The notes under the pieces: model-generated
Database searches by the model: none
What the model saw: only the letters and a program-made list of their open reading frames with translations
What the model was told of the DNA's origin: nothing
DNA from: a virus
Taxonomy: Duplodnaviria > Caudoviricetes
Reading direction: 5' to 3' (one strand)
Length of the DNA stretch: 39,128 nucleotides
IMG/VR virus record: IMGVR_UViG_3300004241_000024
Coordinates: 1 to 39,128 of that record
Part shown: one piece after another, positions 17,472-25,743 of the stretch
Layout of the letters: each line of letters begins with the position of its first letter
Position numbering within the stretch: position 1 is the stretch's first letter
Translations under genes and position numbers: made by a program

Positions 17472-17651
17472 TCAATGACCCATCCTGTCTTTTACGTTCA
17501 ACTTGTCTGAAATACTTATACCTAAGACCTTCGGTTGTTTAGGAGTGACAACGTGTACTGAACTAAAACTATGTACTCCGTTAAACCAAGGTTTTTCGTT
17601 TGTTAGTTTTTCTTTTGGTTTTGACTCTTCGTTGAGGTTTATGTTTTTCAT
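17472..17651 (-). CDS. hypothetical protein (59 aa, not in ORF track)
   Basis: MKNINLNEESKPKEKLTNEKPWFNGVHSFSSVHVVTPKQPKVLGISISDKLNVKDRMGH*; overlaps the GT 3' end. Confidence 0.5.
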   Translation of the reverse strand: MKNINLNEESKPKEKLTNEKPWFNGVHSFSSVHVVTPKQPKVLGISISDKLNVKDRMGH

Positions 17652-18450
17652 CTGGAATAAATTCAGGTGGAATTTCTAATGGATAATTTCTGCCTTGGTC
17701 GTCTATGTGTCCGACAAAGAATGAGGTATCACACAAAAACGGATTTTCCATTTTGCCATATTTCGGCCAACCCGCTTTAGTAAAATAATCCCCATCAACA
17801 ACTCGTTTACACCAATCTAGATCGCTAGTCCCGGTTTCTCCTTTCCAACTGTTATGTTCAGGAGCAAAGACCAACCGAGCAGGTTCAGAAAAAACCCGTC
17901 TGGTAACGATATTATTGACTACGTATTCGGGTGAATCCTTCCACATTTCTTTTAGAATACTCATATGGATTAACAAACAACCCGTCGGTACACCTTTAAC
18001 CCAAACCTTATCCCCTAGTTTCCAGTCTTTGTAATAACCCTTTCCCCACTCACGATAAAGGATGGGTTCAGGGGGGATAGACTTAGTGAAGTAAAGCCCT
18101 GAAACGACAGGCACTTTCTTGTCTATCATATACTGATTCATTCGGATAAATCCATCTTGGGGAAGTAGATTATCCTGTTCTATTAGCCATAACCACTCAA
18201 AATCCTGTTCTATGGCACTTTTGACAATTAAGTTTTGAGCGTCAGAGACTTGAAAACGTAGAGGCATGGTCGCATTGATATATTGTTTTAAGTCACTCAA
18301 ACTCCAATTAGTAGGGATGATCTGCGAATAACGTCTATCAGCCCACTCGATTCTGACCAGACCTGTAACCGCAGTTCCAATCATTACCCGGTGTTTCCAG
18401 ACCCCGTGATTTTCAATTATGTTTGGATTTTTAACGTATGGATTTTTCAT
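17581..18450 (-). CDS. GT-A fold (GT2-like) glycosyltransferase
   Basis: AQNLIVKSAIEQDFEWLWLIEQDNLLP (DxD position), PVVSGLYFTK, GVPTGCLLI, SDLDWC, GHID. Confidence 0.75.
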   Translation of the reverse strand: MKNPYVKNPNIIENHGVWKHRVMIGTAVTGLVRIEWADRRYSQIIPTNWSLSDLKQYINATMPLRFQVSDAQNLIVKSAIEQDFEWLWLIEQDNLLPQDGFIRMNQYMIDKKVPVVSGLYFTKSIPPEPILYREWGKGYYKDWKLGDKVWVKGVPTGCLLIHMSILKEMWKDSPEYVVNNIVTRRVFSEPARLVFAPEHNSWKGETGTSDLDWCKRVVDGDYFTKAGWPKYGKMENPFLCDTSFFVGHIDDQGRNYPLEIPPEFIPDEKHKPQRRVKTKRKTNKRKTLV

Positions 18451-19058
18451 TTTTTTACTTTAACTGCTAATGTGTCGTTACGGAAAACCCTATCAGGTCT
18501 ATCCGTCCCTCCTAATTCGCCTATTTTAACCATCTTAGAACCCCTGTAGTAAACAAACATCTCTCCGTTGAAGAATCCGGCGGTATTCAAACAGGCGTTC
18601 ATAAATTGAGGATTAAATAAGCATTTATGCACTTCACCTTCGGTGTCACCTGCCTGACTGCCGACTATTGTCTGCATAATATTCGTATACCTTTCCCAAT
18701 CAAAATCACCCCTTAATCTCATTTCGATCCACTCTAAAGCAATTCCGTCAAAACAAGGAACATCTAAGATTAGTTGTGAACCTGTCTTCATCACCCTTCT
18801 AATTTCCCTTAAAGCAGGAATAACGTCACGGTACTTAAGATGTTCTAAGACTTGATGTAGCTCGGTATAATCAGCGTATTCGTCTGGAAAAGGTAATTTG
18901 AGAATATCGGCTTGGATAAATTCCGCCCCTTCTTCCCATAGAGAATTAATGTATTGGCCTGTTTTAGACTTTAGACCTTCTAAGGTTATGAACTTGTCCA
19001 CATTTATCCAACCCTTAACCGGACTTAACCCACAGCCTAAATTTAATTTATTTGACAT
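18447..19058 (-). CDS. class I SAM-dependent methyltransferase (Methyltransf_11-like)
   Basis: KLNLGCG, GWINVD, DILKLPFPD, HQVLEHL, EIRRVMKTGS. Confidence 0.88.
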   Translation of the reverse strand: MSNKLNLGCGLSPVKGWINVDKFITLEGLKSKTGQYINSLWEEGAEFIQADILKLPFPDEYADYTELHQVLEHLKYRDVIPALREIRRVMKTGSQLILDVPCFDGIALEWIEMRLRGDFDWERYTNIMQTIVGSQAGDTEGEVHKCLFNPQFMNACLNTAGFFNGEMFVYYRGSKMVKIGELGGTDRPDRVFRNDTLAVKVKK

Positions 19059-19494
19059 ATGATTTGTCCTCCCTTCTTTTAATTAGCAGAAGTTCCATCA
19101 GACCGCCAATCTTGAAACTAAGATGAGTAATCTTCCAAGGTTTAGGTTTATAAATCTTGTAGTTATACTTCCCGGCTATTGGTTCTAAGGGATCAAAGAA
19201 AGTAAAGGTCAGCTCGTTTAAAGGATTTACGTTTTTCGGATCAGCGACAAATTCGTAACTCATTCCGTAACTGATTGAGATCATAAATTGACCGTCGTAC
19301 TTCATTACCCGCCAACATTCATTCATAAAGTCAATGAATTTATCTCTCGGGACTTTAGTTAAAACGTGATCAGCTTTAATGAGATCAACTGACTGGTCTT
19401 TATAAGGCCAGGGGAGATTCAGATAATCCTCTTTACCCTCAAAATCCTTTTCAGATTCCCCCAGGTTTAGGTTTGTATATTTTGTTATCTTCAT
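19048..19494 (-). CDS. methyltransferase-like protein with degenerate motif I
   Basis: NLNLGE, PWPYKDQSVD, HVLTKVP, MNECWRVMKYDG, ADPKN. Confidence 0.7.
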   Translation of the reverse strand: MKITKYTNLNLGESEKDFEGKEDYLNLPWPYKDQSVDLIKADHVLTKVPRDKFIDFMNECWRVMKYDGQFMISISYGMSYEFVADPKNVNPLNELTFTFFDPLEPIAGKYNYKIYKPKPWKITHLSFKIGGLMELLLIKRREDKSYVK

Positions 19495-19578
19495 AAATAT
19501 GTTTGAACCTCTGACAAATGGTTGCCCAAGATCAGAGGCTCAAATATGCAACCATTAATAATTTCCCTAAAATTCGCC

Positions 19579-20052
19579 TTACGGGAATTGAATGTCGTAA
19601 GTTAAGTTGACAGCCTGATTGGTTGCCAAAGCAGACGAGGCGAAAGTGTTGCCACAGAACATTGTACCAGTGGCGTTGGTTGTGGCTGAATCGGCGAACA
19701 AGCCAACATTAGCGATAGTTGTCGCAGGATAGACGTTGGACTGGACAGAACCAGTGAAACGTAATGTGCGTGATGATGCTACTGATCCGGCAACGGCGAA
19801 CGAGTTTCGGTTGACGGCTACTGGATTGCTGATGTTGGAATCGGTTGAAGCCACAGTGCCGGCTGAACCCATGCCCGCATAAGCTACCGCCATACCACCG
19901 CCGGTCATCTTTTCGACGATGTACTTTTGTGCACCCGAATTGGTAATCATGTTCTGTTTCCATCCTGAGTCACCAACGACAACCTTACGGCCATCCTTTT
20001 CCTCAATGATGTTTAATCGGAAAAAACCTTTTGGACCTGATAGATCTTTCAT
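19579..20052 (-). CDS. putative virion structural protein
   Basis: Ala/Ser/Thr-rich; NMITNSG...IANVGLF...LTYDIQF pattern typical of phage tail-associated proteins. Confidence 0.6.
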   Translation of the reverse strand: MKDLSGPKGFFRLNIIEEKDGRKVVVGDSGWKQNMITNSGAQKYIVEKMTGGGMAVAYAGMGSAGTVASTDSNISNPVAVNRNSFAVAGSVASSRTLRFTGSVQSNVYPATTIANVGLFADSATTNATGTMFCGNTFASSALATNQAVNLTYDIQFP

Positions 20053-20073
20053 ATATTTTTTTAATTTATAAAT

Positions 20074-20382
20074 TTATTCACCATAATAAGCAATATTGAG
20101 AGTTGAATCAGTGGTGACTCTGATAGCTCTAAAACCGTTGATGGATTCCAAAGATGGGAGTTCTATCAGCCCATTAGCGGCCCCAAGAATGCCGACACTG
20201 GCAGTAGGAGTCCCAGCATCATCTCGCCAACGAATTGCATCAGTCATGACGCTTATAATCGCTCTGGTGGCACCTTTTGGGATTCCATCGGTGGCCTCAG
20301 ATAATGCTTTGGCGGTGCTACTGATAGCTAAAGTCCTAAATCCTTTTGGTTTTCTTTCTGCTGGATAAGTTCCTGTAATCAT
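20074..20382 (-). CDS. hypothetical structural protein
   Basis: IRWRDDAGTPTASVG motif; co-oriented in the post-capsid operon. Confidence 0.65.
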   Translation of the reverse strand: MITGTYPAERKPKGFRTLAISSTAKALSEATDGIPKGATRAIISVMTDAIRWRDDAGTPTASVGILGAANGLIELPSLESINGFRAIRVTTDSTLNIAYYGE

Positions 20383-20410
20383 ATTTTGTTTATTAAATTC
20401 TTAATTCCGC

Positions 20411-20950
20411 TTAAGCAGCAGCTCTAAATACGGTATAAGCGATGACAGCATCATTTGCCGTGTTTGCTGCCGACAAGACGGCGGTAATGGTATTAGTCGT
20501 AGGGGCTACCGAAACTAAATAAGCTGCCTGAGTAGGAGCTGTTTGAATCGTAGCAACAACAATATCAGTTGCAGCTACTCCAGTAACAGTAGTCGCCAAG
20601 GAGGCACCTGATCCAGACCAGGTAATCTTTCCGGCATACTTAACTACATGAGAGGGGGCAATACCTGAATCCAAATGCTCAAGACTTACAGCAGCAGATC
20701 CGATTTCAGCATTGGTGATGTCACCAATCACGTTGAATGAAGCAGAAGCGGTAGTACCTTGGTTTTCATAAAGACCTTTAGTTGTTGCATCAGTTTTAAT
20801 AAACAAAGCACCTTTGGCATGACCTGCACCAGTTGGAACAGAAGTACCGCTAGCAAAAAGGACGTTTCCGTCATTGTCTCTAGCTAAGACACGGACACCA
20901 CTTTTAACTCGTCCGCAGAGTTGAATTTCTCTATTAAATACTTTTGACAT
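20411..20950 (-). CDS. putative capsid decoration / head fibre protein
   Basis: Ala/Thr/Gly-rich beta-type sequence directly after the major capsid gene. Confidence 0.55.
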   Translation of the reverse strand: MSKVFNREIQLCGRVKSGVRVLARDNDGNVLFASGTSVPTGAGHAKGALFIKTDATTKGLYENQGTTASASFNVIGDITNAEIGSAAVSLEHLDSGIAPSHVVKYAGKITWSGSGASLATTVTGVAATDIVVATIQTAPTQAAYLVSVAPTTNTITAVLSAANTANDAVIAYTVFRAAA

Positions 20951-20957
20951 ATATTTT

Positions 20958-20987
20958 AAAAAAACCTCTAAATTATTAATTAGAGGT
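20958..20987 (-). terminator. terminator downstream of the major capsid gene
   Basis: ACCTCTAA-8 nt-TTAGAGGT with a U-run on the minus strand. Confidence 0.6.
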
Positions 20988-21056
20988 AAGTTTGTTTTGT
21001 TGTCCCCCCTGGTTTCCCAAGGGGGAGGAACTAAAGTTCACTTACCTCAAAGACAA

Positions 21057-22214
21057 TTAGAAATTGCTGGCATCAAGAATCATCTTGGCGGAAGCAATTT
21101 GGCCGTCCGGGAACATTTCTGTACCCATACCAATTATTCCTTTCGGAAGTTTGGCAAAGCCCTTTTCTTTCGAACCAACTTCGAGATCCATGAATTGCAT
21201 GACTGCATCAATAGCACCACGAATCATGAAGATCGATTTTTGCTGTTGAGCTGACCATACATTGGTAGGAGCGGATAATACCTCACTTACTGAGATATCA
21301 CCATTACCAGTGAAGGCCATAGCTTCAGCAGAAGAACATCTTACATTTCTCTTTCGTCGGAGTATGAAAGCGTTGGTAGAACTAATATCAATATAAGCTG
21401 TACCAGCACCGGCACCACCTTCAACAGCAAGCTTTAAGTTTGCACGAGAAGTAGCGACATCGGAACCGATGTCAACTGCACCTGCCAAAACTGGGGTAGC
21501 TTTAAAAGTGAAAGTAACGCCAGAGATAGTGACAGTATCACCATCAGTCGGGTTGGTATCCATGGTTAAAGTTCCAGACCAGGGAAGGTTGTTGTTTTGC
21601 ACAACTGTCCATCCATGCCAAGGACCAATTACACCATTAGCTAAAACGCTATCACCAAGACCAGTTTCTCTTTCAGCTTTCGCTCTTCGGAGTTTAGCAA
21701 CGGAATTAGGACCTAAAACCACTGCTTTCATCGATGTTTCAGTAGGAACATCAAAAGCACCTAATTTGGAATCTGCTTCTTGGAAAACGTCAAGAACATT
21801 AGTAGAAGCGAGTTCTAAAGCCGAACCACCATTGATTGAGTGGAAAGCATTAGTGATTTCACTTAAATACTTTTGTTCAAAAGCATTCATCAAACCACGA
21901 CGGATCGAAGTAAGAGAATGTTGTAAAAGCTCATAAGGAGATTGGCTGGACTCAGTGATATCGATGTCTTCAGCAGAATAATTGAAAGTATCAACTTCCA
22001 AAGTATTCTTTGTCGCTGATTTAGCGGTGAAGGTAATATCGCTGTGAGGAGTATAAGTCCCGATTTGAGCGTGAGATAGAATTGGGCGGTGTGCCTTTCT
22101 ACCATTAGTACTGATTAACGATTCAAGGGATTGATTCGCTAGGTAAACAGCACTGTTAGCTGTATAAAGATCTACCTGGAGATCACCCCAAAACTCTTGT
22201 TTGATGTCGTCCAT
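21057..22214 (-). CDS. major capsid protein (HK97 fold, P22-coat-like, with insertion domain)
   Basis: 385 aa following the scaffold gene; KLGAFDVP, NGVIGPWHGWTVVQNNNLP, then a roughly 110-aa insert containing PTDGDTVTISGVTF. Confidence 0.85.
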   Translation of the reverse strand: MDDIKQEFWGDLQVDLYTANSAVYLANQSLESLISTNGRKAHRPILSHAQIGTYTPHSDITFTAKSATKNTLEVDTFNYSAEDIDITESSQSPYELLQHSLTSIRRGLMNAFEQKYLSEITNAFHSINGGSALELASTNVLDVFQEADSKLGAFDVPTETSMKAVVLGPNSVAKLRRAKAERETGLGDSVLANGVIGPWHGWTVVQNNNLPWSGTLTMDTNPTDGDTVTISGVTFTFKATPVLAGAVDIGSDVATSRANLKLAVEGGAGAGTAYIDISSTNAFILRRKRNVRCSSAEAMAFTGNGDISVSEVLSAPTNVWSAQQQKSIFMIRGAIDAVMQFMDLEVGSKEKGFAKLPKGIIGMGTEMFPDGQIASAKMILDASNF

Positions 22215-22262
22215 ATAAAAAATGAAAATAATTAAATAAAATCGAAAGATGAAAGAATCGCC

Positions 22263-22904
22263 CTATTGTGTGCTCCTATATTTATCCCTTGCTTCCTTTG
22301 CTTCATTCCATGCTTTTCGACCTTCTTCTGTATTTAGGTTGAAATCTGCTGGATTCAAAGGTTTAGATGGGTCAATATTAGACACATAACCTGCTTTTCC
22401 AGAACGTGGTGGAGTGGCATTTTTTATCCTCTCTTCACGTTCAGCTTCCTCTTTCCTTGATAGGATGTAGGGAAGTTTAGCTGCTTCTCTCACGGAAATA
22501 CCTTTTAATTTGGCCAGGTCTTTTACTTCGGCTTTCAGTTCATCGGAGAGCCCAAGACTTTCAAGGTCTCTTGACTCCAGAATCTCATTCAGCTTACTAT
22601 CGACCAACTGCCCAATGTCAGGCGTTTCCTTGTCCGGCTTTTTGCCATCCCCTTCGGGTTTTTTGTCAGCGGTTACTTTGTTTCGCCAATTTATCTTTTG
22701 CTTGATAGCACTAGATAACTTTTCGTGATGGGATTTCTCCTTTGCAATGAGCTTTTCGATCATTTCACTGTCGGTTTCTGGATTTAATCCAAATTCCTCA
22801 GCTACCTTGGTCTTGAGTTCATCATCAGTAACGACCTTCTGTATCTCTTCATCAGCCTTAAGCTCATCGGGAGAGACCACGATGTTGTTGTTATTTTCGT
22901 CCAT
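22263..22904 (-). CDS. putative scaffolding protein
   Basis: Likely start ATG 22904; highly charged helical sequence directly upstream of the capsid gene. Confidence 0.7.
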   Translation of the reverse strand: MDENNNNIVVSPDELKADEEIQKVVTDDELKTKVAEEFGLNPETDSEMIEKLIAKEKSHHEKLSSAIKQKINWRNKVTADKKPEGDGKKPDKETPDIGQLVDSKLNEILESRDLESLGLSDELKAEVKDLAKLKGISVREAAKLPYILSRKEEAEREERIKNATPPRSGKAGYVSNIDPSKPLNPADFNLNTEEGRKAWNEAKEARDKYRSTQ

Positions 22905-22920
22905 AGGACTTGATATAAAT

Positions 22921-23010
22921 AAAAAACTGCCATTTGGCAGCTTAGTTGGGGGATGGAAAGCGTTGTGGGTATCCACCCTCCAACTAAATCGTCAAAGGTT
23001 CACAACGCTA
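22921..23010 (-). ncRNA. structured leader/attenuator RNA candidate upstream of the scaffold-capsid genes
   Basis: 16-nt stem (22942-22957 / 22972-22987, one mismatch) whose loop CACAACGCU pairs with upstream AGCGUUGUG (23001-23009), followed by CUGCCA/UGGCAG-U6. Confidence 0.55.
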
Positions 23011-23023
23011 CTAATTTTTAATT

Positions 23024-23224
23024 TCAAAGAGTGAAGACGTGTCCACACGAAGGGCATTTAATCCCCTCTTTGACATCTTCAAGTTTGACTACATATTGCT
23101 TTTTGTTGGCAAGTTCATTGGCAAGTTCGACAAAATTCTCACCATTCATGGCTAAACTGTATCGTCTGACTTCGATTTTTCCGTTATAAACAACGGCTTC
23201 TTGTTCCTTTTTTGTATTCTTCAT
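23024..23224 (-). CDS. small protein with C-terminal zinc-ribbon half-site
   Basis: Likely ATG 23224, 5 nt after TTGACA-18 nt-TAGTAT (leaderless); IKCPSCGHVF. Confidence 0.65.
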   Translation of the reverse strand: MKNTKKEQEAVVYNGKIEVRRYSLAMNGENFVELANELANKKQYVVKLEDVKEGIKCPSCGHVFTL

Positions 23225-23255
23225 AGTTGATACTAACAATAATTAAATATGTTTG

Positions 23256-23393
23256 TCAAATAGTGGATGTTCTAGACAGCACTCTCTTCCTATCAAGAGT
23301 CCCCAATCTCCTGAAAGCCCTTTTAACTAATTCATAGGGTATTCCGTGTTCTTTGGCTTCACGGCGTAGTTTCTTGTATGTTTTGCCACTCAT
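23256..23393 (-). CDS. small basic protein (45 aa, not in ORF track)
   Basis: MSGKTYKKLRREAKEHGIPYELVKRAFRRLGTLDRKRVLSRTSTI*; ATGA-coupled. Confidence 0.6.
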   Translation of the reverse strand: MSGKTYKKLRREAKEHGIPYELVKRAFRRLGTLDRKRVLSRTSTI

Positions 23394-23533
23394 AATCCGT
23401 ATGATTTTGAAATTTTAACGGCTCGTTTCTTTCTTTCATTTCTAATCTTCTCTTTGGGGTCGGGATTCCTAGCTTTCCTGACCGCTTCATCTAGCCAGGC
23501 TCGGATTTGGGCTTTGGTTGCTTCGTTGCTCAT
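23390..23533 (-). CDS. small basic protein (47 aa, not in ORF track)
   Basis: MSNEATKAQIRAWLDEAVRKARNPDPKEKIRNERKKRAVKISKSYGL*; starts 2 nt after the upstream stop. Confidence 0.6.
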   Translation of the reverse strand: MSNEATKAQIRAWLDEAVRKARNPDPKEKIRNERKKRAVKISKSYGL

Positions 23534-23535
23534 AA

Positions 23536-23796
23536 TTAAAGGCCATATCTTCCCGAAGTCTTTTTAATCTCCGCCTCAGTAGGCTCTTTTTTCTCTTGGA
23601 ACTCGATAAATGGCTTTAATATTTCGTATAACCTCGCCTTCGCCTTACTTCTGACCTTGACCTCTTCTCCCGCCTGTTCATTGGTCATTGAATCCACCCC
23701 ACTCACAGTATCCAATCCATCAATCACCTGAAGAATATAGTCGGTAAACTCGATAAAATCAGGGTTAGTCTTGAGTTTCTTGATTAATTCTTCCAT
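23536..23796 (-). CDS. hypothetical head-module protein
   Basis: 86-aa helical protein; TGcTACAAT 5 nt before the ATG. Confidence 0.75.
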   Translation of the reverse strand: MEELIKKLKTNPDFIEFTDYILQVIDGLDTVSGVDSMTNEQAGEEVKVRSKAKARLYEILKPFIEFQEKKEPTEAEIKKTSGRYGL

Positions 23797-23812
23797 AAGT
23801 TATTGTAGCAAA

Positions 23813-25252
23813 TTACAAACCGAAGTTTTTTTGTATCGCCCCACGCCGTTCTTCTCTTTGTACTCTCATAATCGCCTGCTTAAATTCATCTATCGGCGAT
23901 TCAGCAATTTCTAACTGCATGGCAAAAGCATCAATAGTGTCATCGTTGGCTCCCTTGGGGAATACAAACATTTCTTTCTCAAGATCATGACACTCACCTG
24001 TAATATGGAAGATTCCACCTGATGAGTAACGGGGTATCAATCCTCTGATCCTGACCTCTTTTTGGGTGCTGTTGTGCTTTAAAGGATAAATCGACGGGAA
24101 TTTATCACGCCTGGCACATTCATCGTCAAGGAATGGTTTTAATGTCTTTAGATAAACCGTTTCCTCAATCCCGATCTTCTCAAACCCTTCATCATGCAAA
24201 GTGAAGATGTAATTTATCAGCTCCTTTGGATCAAAGTGAACTCTCATAGCCTTGATATTCCATTTGTTCTGACGGTCAACGTAGTTTCTGACTATTCCTG
24301 TGTAGTCGTTTTCTAATTCTTTTCCACCCGGGTCAATGGTGGCAAACTTGCGGGTATCTAATGCCTCAACCTCTGACCATGACCGATATTTAATCCACGT
24401 CTCCTTAAACTCTTGATTCTCTGAAGTGATTGGATTCCCTTGATAAAGAGCTGCAAATTCGTATGGACCAAGAGTGTTCTCAAATTTCTGAAGTTTATCT
24501 AATGGGAATTTCTCCGGCCATAACGCCTCCCCCTTCTTTCTAAACTGTTCATCCTCGGTGGCAATAGCTGGAAAGTTTATTAAAATCCACTTGTCGTAAT
24601 GCTCAATCCCCTCTGCTTCATCTTTTCTCTGTTGCTCTAATAATCTCCCAACCAGATCATCCATGTGCCAGCGGGTGTTTAGGATGATGATAGCGGTAGC
24701 ACCTTCCTGGCGGGTGTAAAAGGTCGATCTGTACCAATTCCACCTAGAATCTCTGATAGTTTGGGATTCCGCCTCTTCTCGGTTCTTGAATAAATCATCA
24801 ATGATACCGATTTTAAATCCCTTTCCAGTGAACGCTCCACCGGCACCGGAAGCCATATAACTTCCACCCTCATCAGTTTTCCAATATCCTTTAGCTTTGG
24901 CGTCTGATCGTAAACGGGTGGGGAATATCGCCTGGTATGACGATGACAACATAATATCCCGTGTCTCTTCGCCAAATTTAGTAGCCAGTTCACCTGAATA
25001 AGAGCCAACCATGATCGGCCAATCAGCATGATGTCCGAGAACCCACGACGGAAATTTCTTGGTAGACACCTCACTTTTTCCATGCCTCGGAGGTACAGTA
25101 ACAATAATTCTGGCATCCTCCCCTCTCTCAACTTTTTCCATTGCCGATTGAAGAATAGCCGTCAATGTCTCATGAAACCATGTATCTTGATAATTCTTAT
25201 CAGTGGCGATAGCAAAATCAATTAGACTTTTCTTCGCCTGATGGATCACCAT
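23813..25252 (-). CDS. terL: terminase large subunit
   Basis: Walker A VPPRHGKS, TGKGFKIGIIDD, TRWHMDDLVGRL, ALYQGNP, nuclease IDPG...DYTG, IGIEE, NDDTIDA. Likely start is ATG 25252 (track start 25309). Confidence 0.95.
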   Translation of the reverse strand: MVIHQAKKSLIDFAIATDKNYQDTWFHETLTAILQSAMEKVERGEDARIIVTVPPRHGKSEVSTKKFPSWVLGHHADWPIMVGSYSGELATKFGEETRDIMLSSSYQAIFPTRLRSDAKAKGYWKTDEGGSYMASGAGGAFTGKGFKIGIIDDLFKNREEAESQTIRDSRWNWYRSTFYTRQEGATAIIILNTRWHMDDLVGRLLEQQRKDEAEGIEHYDKWILINFPAIATEDEQFRKKGEALWPEKFPLDKLQKFENTLGPYEFAALYQGNPITSENQEFKETWIKYRSWSEVEALDTRKFATIDPGGKELENDYTGIVRNYVDRQNKWNIKAMRVHFDPKELINYIFTLHDEGFEKIGIEETVYLKTLKPFLDDECARRDKFPSIYPLKHNSTQKEVRIRGLIPRYSSGGIFHITGECHDLEKEMFVFPKGANDDTIDAFAMQLEIAESPIDEFKQAIMRVQREERRGAIQKNFGL

Positions 25253-25682
25253 TGCTTCTGCCTCTTGTGGCAATACGCTCGGCAATCCTTTGGAGTTGTT
25301 GGTCATCAAACTTGCTGGTTACTTCACCCTTAAATTCATTAACGGTTTCGTCTTTAATTTTGTGATTGTGGGAAAGGAGTAGTTTAACGATAGTGGCATT
25401 GTAATGACCACCAAGACCCTCGTCTATAAGCCTTTCGAGCTGGTTTAGAAGGATCGTTTCCATAGCCTTGCCGACTTCTGGATGAGCGGTTTCCCAGTTA
25501 TAGAGTGTCATTCGGGTTACACCAAGAAATCCGGCAAAACCTTCAATTGTGGGAAGTTTGACTTTTAATACGGTATCTTGTCGCTGTTGCAAATATTCTA
25601 TTAGTTTTTCTTTAAAATCTGTGGGAAAAGTGTCTGTAACTCTTCCGACACCGTTTGGATTCTTTTCTGTTTTTGGTTTCAT
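25218..25682 (-). CDS. terS: terminase small subunit (P22 gp3-like)
   Basis: LPTIEGFAGFLGVTRMTLYNW...GLGGHYNATIVKLLL; overlaps the terL start. Confidence 0.85.
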   Translation of the reverse strand: MKPKTEKNPNGVGRVTDTFPTDFKEKLIEYLQQRQDTVLKVKLPTIEGFAGFLGVTRMTLYNWETAHPEVGKAMETILLNQLERLIDEGLGGHYNATIVKLLLSHNHKIKDETVNEFKGEVTSKFDDQQLQRIAERIATRGRSNGDPSGEEKSN

Positions 25683-25743
25683 AGCTTTAAGCTGGTTTAT
25701 TAAACTTTCACAACGCTAAATTATGATAGCACACTGAAAATAG

